Positions 50,164 to 59,346 of a stretch of 64,000 nt of DNA are shown here, piece after piece. Made by a program: the position numbers and the translations under genes. The stretch comes from Candidatus Falkowbacteria bacterium (lineage in GTDB: Bacteria > Patescibacteriota > Patescibacteriia > UBA11705 > JACRDX01): contig JAZDOE010000003.1 in NCBI GenBank assembly GCA_043798985.1, positions 7,917-71,916 of the forward strand. Direction: 5' to 3'. The notes under the pieces are model-generated. The model ran no database searches. It had not been told where the DNA came from and was given only the letters and a program-made list of their open reading frames with translations. Position 1 is the stretch's first letter; every line of letters begins with the position of its first letter.

Positions 50164-50709
50164 TTGGCAATGAAAATAAATTACGTTTTCACAATTTTAG
50201 TTGCGATTTTATTTTTTGGAGGCGTGGCGCAAGCGCAACAGTTTTTTATTGAGCCATTGCAAAACGCGTATATTAAAGTTGAACGTTTGGATTGGCAGAC
50301 TTATGAATTTTCCGGCCGCACAAATATTCAAGACAATGTTGGATTGAATTTTACGTGGACAGTGGATGGCGCGCAGGTTTTTTACACAAAGACTTTTCAA
50401 CATGTTTTTACGACTGGCGCGCATGTGATATCAATGCAGGTTGCGGATTCTTTTGGGAACAGGATTAATGACACGGCGCAAATTCAGGCGTCGTTTTGGC
50501 AGGTGACAAATCCATGGCTGTGGTGGTTGGCTTATTTTATTATCGTTGCGTTTATTTTGTATTATTGGGTTGGCAAGGTTGTGTATCTTGCTTTTCGTAA
50601 AAAATTTCAAAATGAAGCAAAGATATTTTTGGACACGATATTTGATGAGCGCGGTTTTGTGAGCAAAGTAATTGAAACCAAGGTGCGCAAAGCAATGTTG
50701 CGGAAATGA
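50164..50709 (+). CDS. hypothetical secreted/membrane protein
   Basis: Signal peptide plus C-terminal TM. Confidence 0.3.
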   Translation: MAMKINYVFTILVAILFFGGVAQAQQFFIEPLQNAYIKVERLDWQTYEFSGRTNIQDNVGLNFTWTVDGAQVFYTKTFQHVFTTGAHVISMQVADSFGNRINDTAQIQASFWQVTNPWLWWLAYFIIVAFILYYWVGKVVYLAFRKKFQNEAKIFLDTIFDERGFVSKVIETKVRKAMLRK

Positions 50710-50713
50710 TTTT

Positions 50714-51247
50714 ATGAAAATTTTGTTGCATGTTTGTTGTGCTGTTTGCGGCGGCGCGGTAATTGAAAAATTAAAACAAGATGACAATAAAGTCATTGCG
50801 TTTTTTTATAATCCCAATATTTTTCCGGAGGAAGAATATATGCGCCGCCGCGACGAGGCCGCGCGAATTTGTAAAGAAATGGGAATTGAATTTATTGAAG
50901 GTGAATACGATTATAAAAGTTGGTTGAGCAAGGTTAAAGATTATGCTGGAGAAAAAGAAGGCGGAAAGCGATGTGAAATTTGTTTTGCGATCAGATTGAG
51001 CGAGGCCAGCCAAAAAGCAAAAGAACTTGATTGCGATGCGATTGCCACTACATTAACAATAAGTCCGCATAAAAACGCGGAAGTTGTGAATAGAGTCGGA
51101 AAAGAATGTTCTGAAATTTATGGATTGAAATTTATTGATACTATTTGGCGAAAAGGCGGAGGATTCAAACGGGCGTGCGAAATTGCCAAAGAACAAAATG
51201 TTTATCATCAGCATTATTGCGGCTGCGAATATAGCGTCGGCTACTAA
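50714..51247 (+). CDS. queH: epoxyqueuosine reductase QueH (DUF208)
   Basis: 'MKILLHVCCAVCGG' N-terminal Cys cluster and conserved C-terminal 'HYCGCEYS'. Confidence 0.75.
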   Translation: MKILLHVCCAVCGGAVIEKLKQDDNKVIAFFYNPNIFPEEEYMRRRDEAARICKEMGIEFIEGEYDYKSWLSKVKDYAGEKEGGKRCEICFAIRLSEASQKAKELDCDAIATTLTISPHKNAEVVNRVGKECSEIYGLKFIDTIWRKGGGFKRACEIAKEQNVYHQHYCGCEYSVGY

Positions 51248-51299
51248 TTACTAATCACTACGAATTGTTACCAATTACGAATATACGAATAAAAAAATA

Positions 51300-51324
51300 C
51301 CCCGACTAAGTTTTAGCGGGGGGC
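51300..51324. terminator. bidirectional hairpin ccccgactaagttttagcgggggg (same family as 24753)
   Basis: Perfect GC stem at the 3' end of a GC-rich minus-strand gene. Confidence 0.6.
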
Positions 51325-51330
51325 GTTTGT

Positions 51331-51963
51331 TCACGTTTTCCTACACGTGGCGTAGACAAAGTTTTTCCGAAGTTCGTGGAATATCGGCGAACCTGCAAGT
51401 AATTCCCATGTGCCGCTACAAAAGAACATTTCTTTGCCATCGCCACCTAAGAAATCAAAGTGGCCAGCGCTCATTTTGTGCGGATAATGCGTTGCCAGCG
51501 CTGTCAATTCAACTGGCGTAAGAACGCGTCGCCCGTGTTCGGCAAGTTCGGTCTTGATGTCAGTGACCAGTTTGCCAACGTCTTCTCCTGATCTACTGAT
51601 GTCTGTGTCAAATATCAAGTACGGCTGTTGTGCTTCTTCGGTAAACTTGGACAGATGGCCATCCGCGATAGCGCCACGTCCATAGTGCGCAGTGTTAGAA
51701 TTGGGGCGATTCCTGGTTTGATGATCAGGCGCTGGGGCCCAAATCTTGGAAAGCTGGTGAGCTAATGGAACCATTGTTTGCGGAATAATGACAAGTACTC
51801 GCACTGATGTGTCATGGTCGTACATCCAACGCGCTGCATCTACGAGCAGTGCGTTGAATGTTTCGCGAAAAGCAAGCTCGCTTTTATTCGCGACCTGATG
51901 ATAGCCAAGCTTGATCAACTGCTCAATCTGGCGCTCGACGATTCCAACGAAGTGTCTGGGCAT
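51331..51963 (-). CDS. GC-rich hypothetical protein (210 aa, no recognisable domain)
   Basis: ORF; composition clearly distinct from flanks; terminator immediately 3'. Confidence 0.4.
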   Translation of the reverse strand: MPRHFVGIVERQIEQLIKLGYHQVANKSELAFRETFNALLVDAARWMYDHDTSVRVLVIIPQTMVPLAHQLSKIWAPAPDHQTRNRPNSNTAHYGRGAIADGHLSKFTEEAQQPYLIFDTDISRSGEDVGKLVTDIKTELAEHGRRVLTPVELTALATHYPHKMSAGHFDFLGGDGKEMFFCSGTWELLAGSPIFHELRKNFVYATCRKT

Positions 51964-52068
51964 TGCGGCCTCCTTTGTTCATTGTTTAAGAACAATTAAA
52001 TTTATCACGGATTTTGGAGCGCGTCAAGCTTTTTGTTTCACGCGTTGCATGTGATAGAATGATTAAAT

Positions 52069-54078
52069 ATGATTGATTATAAAGCTTTGCTGAACGATGA
52101 ACAATATGAAATCGTCACAAAAGGCGATGGTCCGTGTTTGGTTTTGGCTGGCGCTGGCAGTGGCAAAACGCGGACATTGGTTTTTCGCGTGGCGTATTTG
52201 ATTGAAAAAGGTGTTGCGCCGGAGAATATTTTGCTTGTCACATTTACAAACAAAGCTGCGAAAGAAATGATGGAGCGCGTTGAGAAATTGTTGGGTTGTC
52301 GGCCGCAAGGTTTGTGGGGCGGAACTTTTCATCATATTGCGAATTTGATTTTGCGGAAACAGTCTGAAAAGTTGGGTTATAAAAATAATTTTAATATTTT
52401 GGATGAGGATGACAGCACAAGCTTGATTAAAAAGGCAATGGATGATTTGGGGCTGAATACAAAAGGACAAAGTTTTCCAAAGCCAAATATTATTCGCGGG
52501 ATTATAAGTTTTAGCCGAAACACAAACCAAGATGTTCGCGAGGTTGCTGAATGCAATTATGGTTTGCCTGATTTTGTGGCGAAAAAAGCAGAGGAAATCG
52601 CAAGCGCTTATGAAACAAAGAAAAAAACCGCGAATGTAATGGATTTTGATGATTTGCTTGTGAATTGGTTGAAGTTGCTGGAAAAATTTCCAGAGCTTTG
52701 CGAACGTTATTCGCGGCAATTTCAACATATTTTGGTTGATGAATATCAGGATACGAATTATATTCAGGCGGAAATAATCAAACGATTGGCAGGCGTTCAT
52801 AAAAACATTTTGGTGGTTGGCGATGACTCGCAAAGCATTTATTCTTTTCGCGCCGCTGACGTTAAAAATATTTTGAATTTTCCAAAGCTTTTCATCAGGG
52901 CGCAGATTTTTAAAATTGAAACAAATTATCGCAGTACCCCGCAGATTCTTGATTTGGCCAATGAAATTATAAAACACAATCACTATAAATATCCGAAAAA
53001 TTTACAGGCAAAGCGCGGAGATGGTTTTATGCCAATGGTTGTTCCGTGCCGCGATAATCAGCAACAAGCGACTTTGATTATTGAGCGGATTAAAGAACTT
53101 AGAAATGGCGGCGCAACACTCGGCCAAATGGCCGTACTTTTCCGCGCCGCGTTTCATTCCGTTGAATTGCAAATGGAATTAAACCGCGCCCAAATTCCAT
53201 ATGTTGTGCGCGGCGGCACGCGCTATTTTGAGCAAGCGCATATTAAAGATGTTTTGGCATATTTGAAAATTTTGGCGAATTTTCAAGATGAGTCAGCATG
53301 GATTCGCGTTTTGAAAACTTTTGACGGCATTGGTCCGGGCACAATCGCCAAAATTTGGCAGGATATAAAAAACCAGCAGTCGCTGGCAGATATTTTTACG
53401 GTTGAGACACGTTTGCCAGCAAAAGCAGCCGCGAGTTGGGAAAAATTGAGAAATATTTTCGAGCGGCTGTTGAGTCTGAATCAAACCAAATCAGGTTTTA
53501 TTGCCGAGGCATTGGATTGCGTAATTGCCAAGCATTATTCAGAATTTTTGCGAAATAATTTTGAAAATTATCGCGACAGGCAAGAAGATTTGGACGAGCT
53601 CATTGATTTTGTTTATAACTATGAAAGTCTAGACAAACTTTTGGCTGATTTGATGCTTGATGAAAATTTCGCGGGAGAAAGCAGTAAAAAAGAAGCGCGT
53701 GATGCCCCGCCGTGGCGGGGCGAGGTTTTGGTTTTATCAACAATTCATCAGGCAAAGGGTTTGGAATGGTCATGCGTTTTTGTGATTGGTTTGCGCGATG
53801 GCCAATTTCCGCATTACAAATCTTTGGAAAACGCGGTTGAGCTGGAAGAAGAGCGCAGACTTTTTTACGTGGCAGCAACCCGCGCGCAAAATGAGTTGGT
53901 GTTATTATATCCGGCGCGGGCGCACCCCGCCGGTGGCGGGGCAAGCTTTTGGGCAAATCAATCAACCGGGCCATCAATGTTTATTAAAGAATTGGATCGC
54001 AAAAAATACGTGACGTTGCATAAATTCGGATTTCGGTGGGACAAAGATGAGACAGATGAGGAAGTCAGATATGAATAA
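52069..54078 (+). CDS. ATP-dependent DNA helicase UvrD/PcrA
   Basis: 'AGAGSGKTRTL' Walker A, 'ILVDEYQDTN', 'TIHQAKGLEW'. Confidence 0.9.
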   Translation: MIDYKALLNDEQYEIVTKGDGPCLVLAGAGSGKTRTLVFRVAYLIEKGVAPENILLVTFTNKAAKEMMERVEKLLGCRPQGLWGGTFHHIANLILRKQSEKLGYKNNFNILDEDDSTSLIKKAMDDLGLNTKGQSFPKPNIIRGIISFSRNTNQDVREVAECNYGLPDFVAKKAEEIASAYETKKKTANVMDFDDLLVNWLKLLEKFPELCERYSRQFQHILVDEYQDTNYIQAEIIKRLAGVHKNILVVGDDSQSIYSFRAADVKNILNFPKLFIRAQIFKIETNYRSTPQILDLANEIIKHNHYKYPKNLQAKRGDGFMPMVVPCRDNQQQATLIIERIKELRNGGATLGQMAVLFRAAFHSVELQMELNRAQIPYVVRGGTRYFEQAHIKDVLAYLKILANFQDESAWIRVLKTFDGIGPGTIAKIWQDIKNQQSLADIFTVETRLPAKAAASWEKLRNIFERLLSLNQTKSGFIAEALDCVIAKHYSEFLRNNFENYRDRQEDLDELIDFVYNYESLDKLLADLMLDENFAGESSKKEARDAPPWRGEVLVLSTIHQAKGLEWSCVFVIGLRDGQFPHYKSLENAVELEEERRLFYVAATRAQNELVLLYPARAHPAGGGASFWANQSTGPSMFIKELDRKKYVTLHKFGFRWDKDETDEEVRYE

Positions 54079-54105
54079 AATTTGGATGTGTTATAATATT
54101 CAAAT

Positions 54106-54468
54106 ATGAGTGGAGGGCTAGTTTTCCAGTCCATAAGTTTTGTCGCCAAAGAAATCGTGGGTGATATTTTGTATTTTCCGATTTGGTGGTATTCGGTTGG
54201 GCTGAAAAAACGATTGGACGGATTTGTTGAAACCGCGAAACAAGCAAATCAAGAATTCGCGTTGTCAATTTGGTTGAAAAATTTATTTGTGCCAATGTAT
54301 GGGCAAAATGACTGGCAGGGCAGGCTTGTCAGTTTTTTTATGCGGCTGGTGCAAATTATCGGGCGCGGTATTCTGGCTGGTTTGTGGTTAATCATCGGAT
54401 TGGTGGTAATTGTTGTGTGGATTTTTGCGCCAGTATTCATTATCTGGCAGCTTGTCATAAATTTATAA
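54106..54468 (+). CDS. small hypothetical membrane protein (three TM)
   Basis: ORF, hydrophobic. Confidence 0.3.
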   Translation: MSGGLVFQSISFVAKEIVGDILYFPIWWYSVGLKKRLDGFVETAKQANQEFALSIWLKNLFVPMYGQNDWQGRLVSFFMRLVQIIGRGILAGLWLIIGLVVIVVWIFAPVFIIWQLVINL

Positions 54469-54471
54469 ACA

Positions 54472-57258
54472 ATGCATACAGTGCTGACAACTAAACGCGA
54501 AAAGGATTTTCTGGTTTGCGAGCATTGCAATGGAACGGGCGAGCGCGAAAATAGCAAATGCGGCGTTTGCAATGGTTTTGGCGTTGTAGCGTTTTTGGAA
54601 GATACGATTTTGTATTGGGGCAAAAAACTGGACAAAGTCCAGATTTATTTTGAAAAAGTTTTGAAAGTTGTCCGCGCGATATTTAATTTGTTTTTGTTGA
54701 TTATTGGCTTATCCGGACTGGGCATGTTGTTTTTTGTTTCGTATCAAGATAATTTTACAAATTTGTTCAGCTTGGATTTTTGGACAACGGCAAGTGTTGA
54801 TAAAGCATATTTTTGGTTTTCTTTGCTAATATTTTTGTATGTGTTTTATCGGCTGGAAAGCGATACAATAGGAAAGCGGTCGGTTTTTAGCCATTGCTAT
54901 TCTCGGCACAACAGACTTTACTCAACGTGGGAAGATGTGCTGCGACAGCCCATGCCTACCGGCAGGCAGGCGCGATCAAGTTTTGTTGATGTTGCGAAAA
55001 GTTTGGACGATGATGTGGAGCGGGCGTTTGAAAAAGCTTATGTTTTGGCAAGCGGCTGGGGACAAAAGGAAATTACGCGGCTGCATTTATTCGCGGAATT
55101 GTTAACCTGCCGCGACGCGGCCATGGTTGCCGCGCGCTTGGGGTTGGCTGCTGAAAAAATTGAAGACAAACTGGCGCGCGTCTTGTTGCGTGATGGAACA
55201 GGACAAATTAAAAACACGTTGCTTTCGGCCGAAGCAAAAAAAATAGCGCTGACCGCGTACATTGACGCGCATCATTTTGGCGAAAATCACGTAAGCGCAC
55301 TTAATATTTTCAACGCGCTGCTTGATAAAACGGTTGGCGATGATTTAGTGTCTGACATTTTATTGGATTTTAATGTTAAGCAACAAGACGCGCGCAATGT
55401 CATTCAATGGATAAGAATTTTGGAAAAAATACGGCAACGTTGGGGCAAATTTAAATCGCGTAGCAGATACAAACCGAAAAAAGGAATGGATCGCGCAATG
55501 ACTGCTGTTGCCACGCCGGTTTTAAATTCAGTCAGCGAGGATTTGACATTGGCGGCAATAAACGGAAGCCTTTTTCCGTGTCTTGGTCGCGACAAAGAAT
55601 TTGAAGAAATTTTTAGAATAATGGAAGGCAGCCGCAAACCGGTCTTATTGATTGGAAGTCAAGGAGTTGGTCGGACGTCAATCATTCATGGTTTGGCGCA
55701 AAAAATGGCAGAAGAAACTGTGCCTGAAATTTTGCAGGATAAGCGGCTTGTGTCGGTTAGTCTGCCGCATTTATTGGCAGGGGATCAACATACGACAACA
55801 GAACAAAAATTATTGATGCTTGCGCAGGAGTTAATAAGAGCAGGGAACGCTGTTTTGGTTGTTGAATCGTTGCATAATCTAGTTGGCCCCGCCAACGGCG
55901 AGATAAACCTCGGACTGGGTGATATATTGGCGCAGTTTTTGGAACGAGGCGCTTTTTACGCGATTGCAACAACAACACCTCAAGAATTTAAGACGCAGAT
56001 TGAGGGGACTGCCTTAGCTGAACAGTTTCAGGTTGTTCGCGTAGATGAAATGGAAATAAATGACGCGATACAAATTTTGGAGATAAAAAGTAGCACAATT
56101 GAATATGAAAATAATGTGTTTTTTTCATATCAGGCGATTGCGAAAGCAGCGGAATTGGCAACAAAATATTTGCACGAAACGCATTTGCCGGAAAACGCGT
56201 TGAGCGTTTTGGAACAAGCCGCGACAATGGCGCGAAAAACCCGCGGAGAAAAAACAATGGTGACTGCGGAAGATATTGCGATTGTTTTGTCGGAAAAAAT
56301 CAATATTCCGCTTACGGCCGTCACAGAAAGTGAAAGCGAAAAATTATTAAACTTGGAAGAGCGTTTGCACGAAAGAGTAATCGGACAAAATGAAGCAGTA
56401 AAAATGGTGGCGAACAGTTTGAGGCGCGCGCGAGCTGAATTGAGAGATGAAAAGCGGCCCATTGCTTCATTATTATTCATCGGGCCGACTGGCGTTGGAA
56501 AAACCGAGCTCGCGCGCGCGGTCGCAGAAATTTATTTTGGAAAAGAAGAAAATATGGTGCGGCTTGATATGTCAGAATTTCAAGAAGCAACCAGCGTGTT
56601 TAGATTTTTGGGCGCGCCTGCTGGCGCGGCAACTTACAAATCCGGCGGATATTTGACAGAAGCAATTCGCAAAAAGCCATTCAGTTTGTTGCTTGTTGAT
56701 GAAATTGAAAAAGCGCATCCTGATATTTTAAATTTATTTTTGCAGATTATGGATGATGGCAGGCTGACCGACAACATGGGACGCACAGTTTCTTTTACAA
56801 ATACAATAATAATAATGACATCAAACGCTGCCGCTGATTTTGTGCAAGCAGCGCTTTTGGAGCGCAAGTCGCTTGATGAAATCAAGCAAACGTTGATTAA
56901 CGAAAAATTGCAAGCGTATTTTAAACCAGAATTTATAAATCGTCTGGATGGATTGATTGTGTTTTCGCCATTGTCGCGCAAAGATTTGGTTGAAGTCGCG
57001 CGCCTGTTGGTCGGAAAAGTGGCCAAACAATTGGAAGCGCGCGGCATCACGTTAAAAATCACTGACGCTGGTTTGGCCGAATTCGCAGAACATGGTTATG
57101 ACGTGGTTTTTGGCGCGCGACCATTGCGCAGATTAATTCAGGAAAAGATTGATGATTTGCTGGCAAAATATTTGCTGGCAAACAAGCTTGATCCAAGGGA
57201 TGTTGTAGTTATTGAAGGAATTGATAAGATAAGGGTAGAGAAGAGGGAAGAGTTATAA
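54472..57258 (+). CDS. ClpB/ClpC-like two-domain AAA+ chaperone with N-terminal zinc finger and TM anchor; degenerate Walker A in the first nucleotide-binding domain
   Basis: The first nucleotide-binding domain has 'GSQGVGRTSIIHGLA' (K to R). The second is intact: 'GPTGVGKTELARAVA', Walker B 'LLLVDEIEKAH', sensor 'SN' and 'GARPLRR'. N-terminus: 'CEHCNGTGERENSKCGVCNGFG' plus hydrophobic helices. Confidence 0.7.
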   Translation: MHTVLTTKREKDFLVCEHCNGTGERENSKCGVCNGFGVVAFLEDTILYWGKKLDKVQIYFEKVLKVVRAIFNLFLLIIGLSGLGMLFFVSYQDNFTNLFSLDFWTTASVDKAYFWFSLLIFLYVFYRLESDTIGKRSVFSHCYSRHNRLYSTWEDVLRQPMPTGRQARSSFVDVAKSLDDDVERAFEKAYVLASGWGQKEITRLHLFAELLTCRDAAMVAARLGLAAEKIEDKLARVLLRDGTGQIKNTLLSAEAKKIALTAYIDAHHFGENHVSALNIFNALLDKTVGDDLVSDILLDFNVKQQDARNVIQWIRILEKIRQRWGKFKSRSRYKPKKGMDRAMTAVATPVLNSVSEDLTLAAINGSLFPCLGRDKEFEEIFRIMEGSRKPVLLIGSQGVGRTSIIHGLAQKMAEETVPEILQDKRLVSVSLPHLLAGDQHTTTEQKLLMLAQELIRAGNAVLVVESLHNLVGPANGEINLGLGDILAQFLERGAFYAIATTTPQEFKTQIEGTALAEQFQVVRVDEMEINDAIQILEIKSSTIEYENNVFFSYQAIAKAAELATKYLHETHLPENALSVLEQAATMARKTRGEKTMVTAEDIAIVLSEKINIPLTAVTESESEKLLNLEERLHERVIGQNEAVKMVANSLRRARAELRDEKRPIASLLFIGPTGVGKTELARAVAEIYFGKEENMVRLDMSEFQEATSVFRFLGAPAGAATYKSGGYLTEAIRKKPFSLLLVDEIEKAHPDILNLFLQIMDDGRLTDNMGRTVSFTNTIIIMTSNAAADFVQAALLERKSLDEIKQTLINEKLQAYFKPEFINRLDGLIVFSPLSRKDLVEVARLLVGKVAKQLEARGITLKITDAGLAEFAEHGYDVVFGARPLRRLIQEKIDDLLAKYLLANKLDPRDVVVIEGIDKIRVEKREEL

Positions 57259-57261
57259 ATT

Positions 57262-58263
57262 ATGTTTTCTTTTGGTATTTTGGCAATTGTTATCGGCGCG
57301 GCGATTTTGTCGGCCGTTTTTACTTTTTTTGCCGCCAAAATCGCCGCGCATTTTAAAATTGTTGACCAACCTGACAGTGAAAGAAAAATTCATAAACGGC
57401 CGGTTCCGTTAATTGGCGGAGCGGCGATTTTTTTGGCGTTTAATTTTATTGTCGCGATTTTGCTGCTTTTGGGAGAATTGAATCTTGAAAATTTCAGACT
57501 AAAAAATTTAATTGGAATTTTTATTGCCGGCTTGTGGCTTGTTGTCGGCGGATTGTTGGACGACAAATTTAATTTGAAACCGCGCGTACAAATTATTTTT
57601 CCGATTCTGGCTATTGCCACTGTTATTGCCAGTGGTATTGGCATTGATTGGATTTCAAATCCATTTTCAGCCGGCTTATTGTATTTGGACAAATATGTTA
57701 TGCCAGTTTTTTGGGCTGGCGGAGTTTTGTACAAAGTGACTTTGTTCGCTGATATTTTCACATTGATTTGGCTTTTGGGCATGACATATTCAACAAAATT
57801 GTTGGACGGATTGGACGGACTTGTCGCGGGGATTTCATTTATCGCGTCAATTTTTATATTTTTTACGTCTTTGATAAAAGACATTCCGCAATATGACACA
57901 GCATTGTTGGCGCTTGTTTTTGGCGCGTCATGTTTGGGATTTTTATTTTTCAATTTCCATCCAGCGAAAATTTTTCTCGGCGAAGGCGGAAGCACTTTTT
58001 GCGGATTTATGTTAGGCGTTTTGTCAATTGTTTCCGGTAGCAAAATCGCGATAACGGTAATGTTAATGGCAGTGCCATTGTTGGATTTAATCCGAACGGT
58101 TGTGCGCAGGTTATTGGCAAAAAAATCGTTGTTCAAAACCAGCGACAAAAAACACATTCATCATCTTTTGCTGGACTTTGGTTTTTCACACAGATCAGCT
58201 GTTTTGTTGTTGTATTTGGTGACAATGCTGTTGGGCGCCGGGGCGTTATTGTTGCAGTTGTGA
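57262..58263 (+). CDS. glycosyltransferase family 4 (MraY/WecA-like polyprenyl-phosphate sugar-1-phosphate transferase)
   Basis: 10-11 TM, 'LLDGLDGLVAGISFIAS', 'DDKFNLKP'. Confidence 0.7.
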   Translation: MFSFGILAIVIGAAILSAVFTFFAAKIAAHFKIVDQPDSERKIHKRPVPLIGGAAIFLAFNFIVAILLLLGELNLENFRLKNLIGIFIAGLWLVVGGLLDDKFNLKPRVQIIFPILAIATVIASGIGIDWISNPFSAGLLYLDKYVMPVFWAGGVLYKVTLFADIFTLIWLLGMTYSTKLLDGLDGLVAGISFIASIFIFFTSLIKDIPQYDTALLALVFGASCLGFLFFNFHPAKIFLGEGGSTFCGFMLGVLSIVSGSKIAITVMLMAVPLLDLIRTVVRRLLAKKSLFKTSDKKHIHHLLLDFGFSHRSAVLLLYLVTMLLGAGALLLQL

Positions 58264-58316
58264 TTTGTCCACAGCCCTAGATTTTACGCGGGAAATTAAA
58301 TGGCGTATATATAAAG

Positions 58317-58344
58317 GTAGAGACAATTCATGAATTGTCTCTAC
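58317..58344. repeat. perfect palindrome gtagagacaattcatgaattgtctctac (GTAGAGAC family)
   Basis: 13-bp arms; upstream of rplU. Confidence 0.6.
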
Positions 58345-58413
58345 ATACAAGGTGATATTGACAAAAATAAAAAACGCGATTATAATGGTTGAAACATTAA
58401 ATATCAATAAAAT

Positions 58414-58713
58414 ATGTTATCAGTTATAAAAACAGGCGGGAAGCAATACGTTGTTTCTGCTGGCAAGAAGCTTAAAGTTGAAAAATTAGCCGGAAACGCT
58501 GGCGACAGCATTGAATTTGACGCTGTTTTGTTAAAAGCTGACGAAGAAAAAGTTGAAATTGGCGCGCCGTATTTGGAAGGTGAAAAAGTTTCAGCCAAAC
58601 TTGTCAGACAAGGGCGCGCGAAAAAAGTGCGCGTGGTAAAATATAAGCGCAAGGTGCGCTATCATAAAGTTCACGGTCATAGACAGGCATTTACCGAGGT
58701 AGAAATCGTATAA
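58414..58713 (+). CDS. rplU: 50S ribosomal protein L21
   Basis: 'MLSVIKTGGKQYVVSAGKKLKVEKL', ~100 aa; terminator aaaaaatcccccattatgggggatttttta follows. Confidence 0.85.
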   Translation: MLSVIKTGGKQYVVSAGKKLKVEKLAGNAGDSIEFDAVLLKADEEKVEIGAPYLEGEKVSAKLVRQGRAKKVRVVKYKRKVRYHKVHGHRQAFTEVEIV

Positions 58714-58741
58714 TAAAAAATCCCCCATTATGGGGGATTTT

Positions 58742-59344
58742 TTATATTGTCTCGCGATTTTTTAGCGCGTTTATTAAGGTCACTTCATCAGCATATTCTA
58801 TATCCGCGCCCATTGGCAGGCCTCGCGCGAGTTGAGTGATTTTAACGCCCAAAGGTTGTAGCGCGCGTTTTAAGGCGATTGCCGTTGACTCGCCTTGCAT
58901 GTTTGGATTTAACGCGAGAATTATTTCCTGCGTTTTTTCGGTTTTGACGCGTTCCAGCAATTCTTTAATGCGCAGTTTGTCCGCAGTAATGCCGTCCAGC
59001 GGATTTAATTGTCCGCCAAGCACATGATAAACGCCGTTGTATTTTCCGGTACTTTCAATTACATTCAAATCATGCAACTCTTCAACAACGCACAGCAATT
59101 GTTGATTGCGCGATTTGTCATTACAAATGCGGCAAGTTGTGGCAGTGTTCGTTAAATTAAAACAACGCGGGCAAAAATTTAAATTTTCCTCAAATGCTCG
59201 TAGCGCGGTAATCAAATCTTCCATGCTTTGCTTGCCCTGTTTTACCAAATAAAAAACAAACTTTTCCGAAGTTTTTCTGCCAATGCCCGGAAGTTTGGAA
59301 AACTGCGTAATTAAATTTTCAAGTTGTTGAGAAAAAGGAAGCAT
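58742..59344 (-). CDS. recR: recombination protein RecR
   Basis: C4 zinc finger 'CPRCFNLTNTATTCRIC', Toprim domain. Confidence 0.9.
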   Translation of the reverse strand: MLPFSQQLENLITQFSKLPGIGRKTSEKFVFYLVKQGKQSMEDLITALRAFEENLNFCPRCFNLTNTATTCRICNDKSRNQQLLCVVEELHDLNVIESTGKYNGVYHVLGGQLNPLDGITADKLRIKELLERVKTEKTQEIILALNPNMQGESTAIALKRALQPLGVKITQLARGLPMGADIEYADEVTLINALKNRETI

Positions 59345-59346
59345 CT

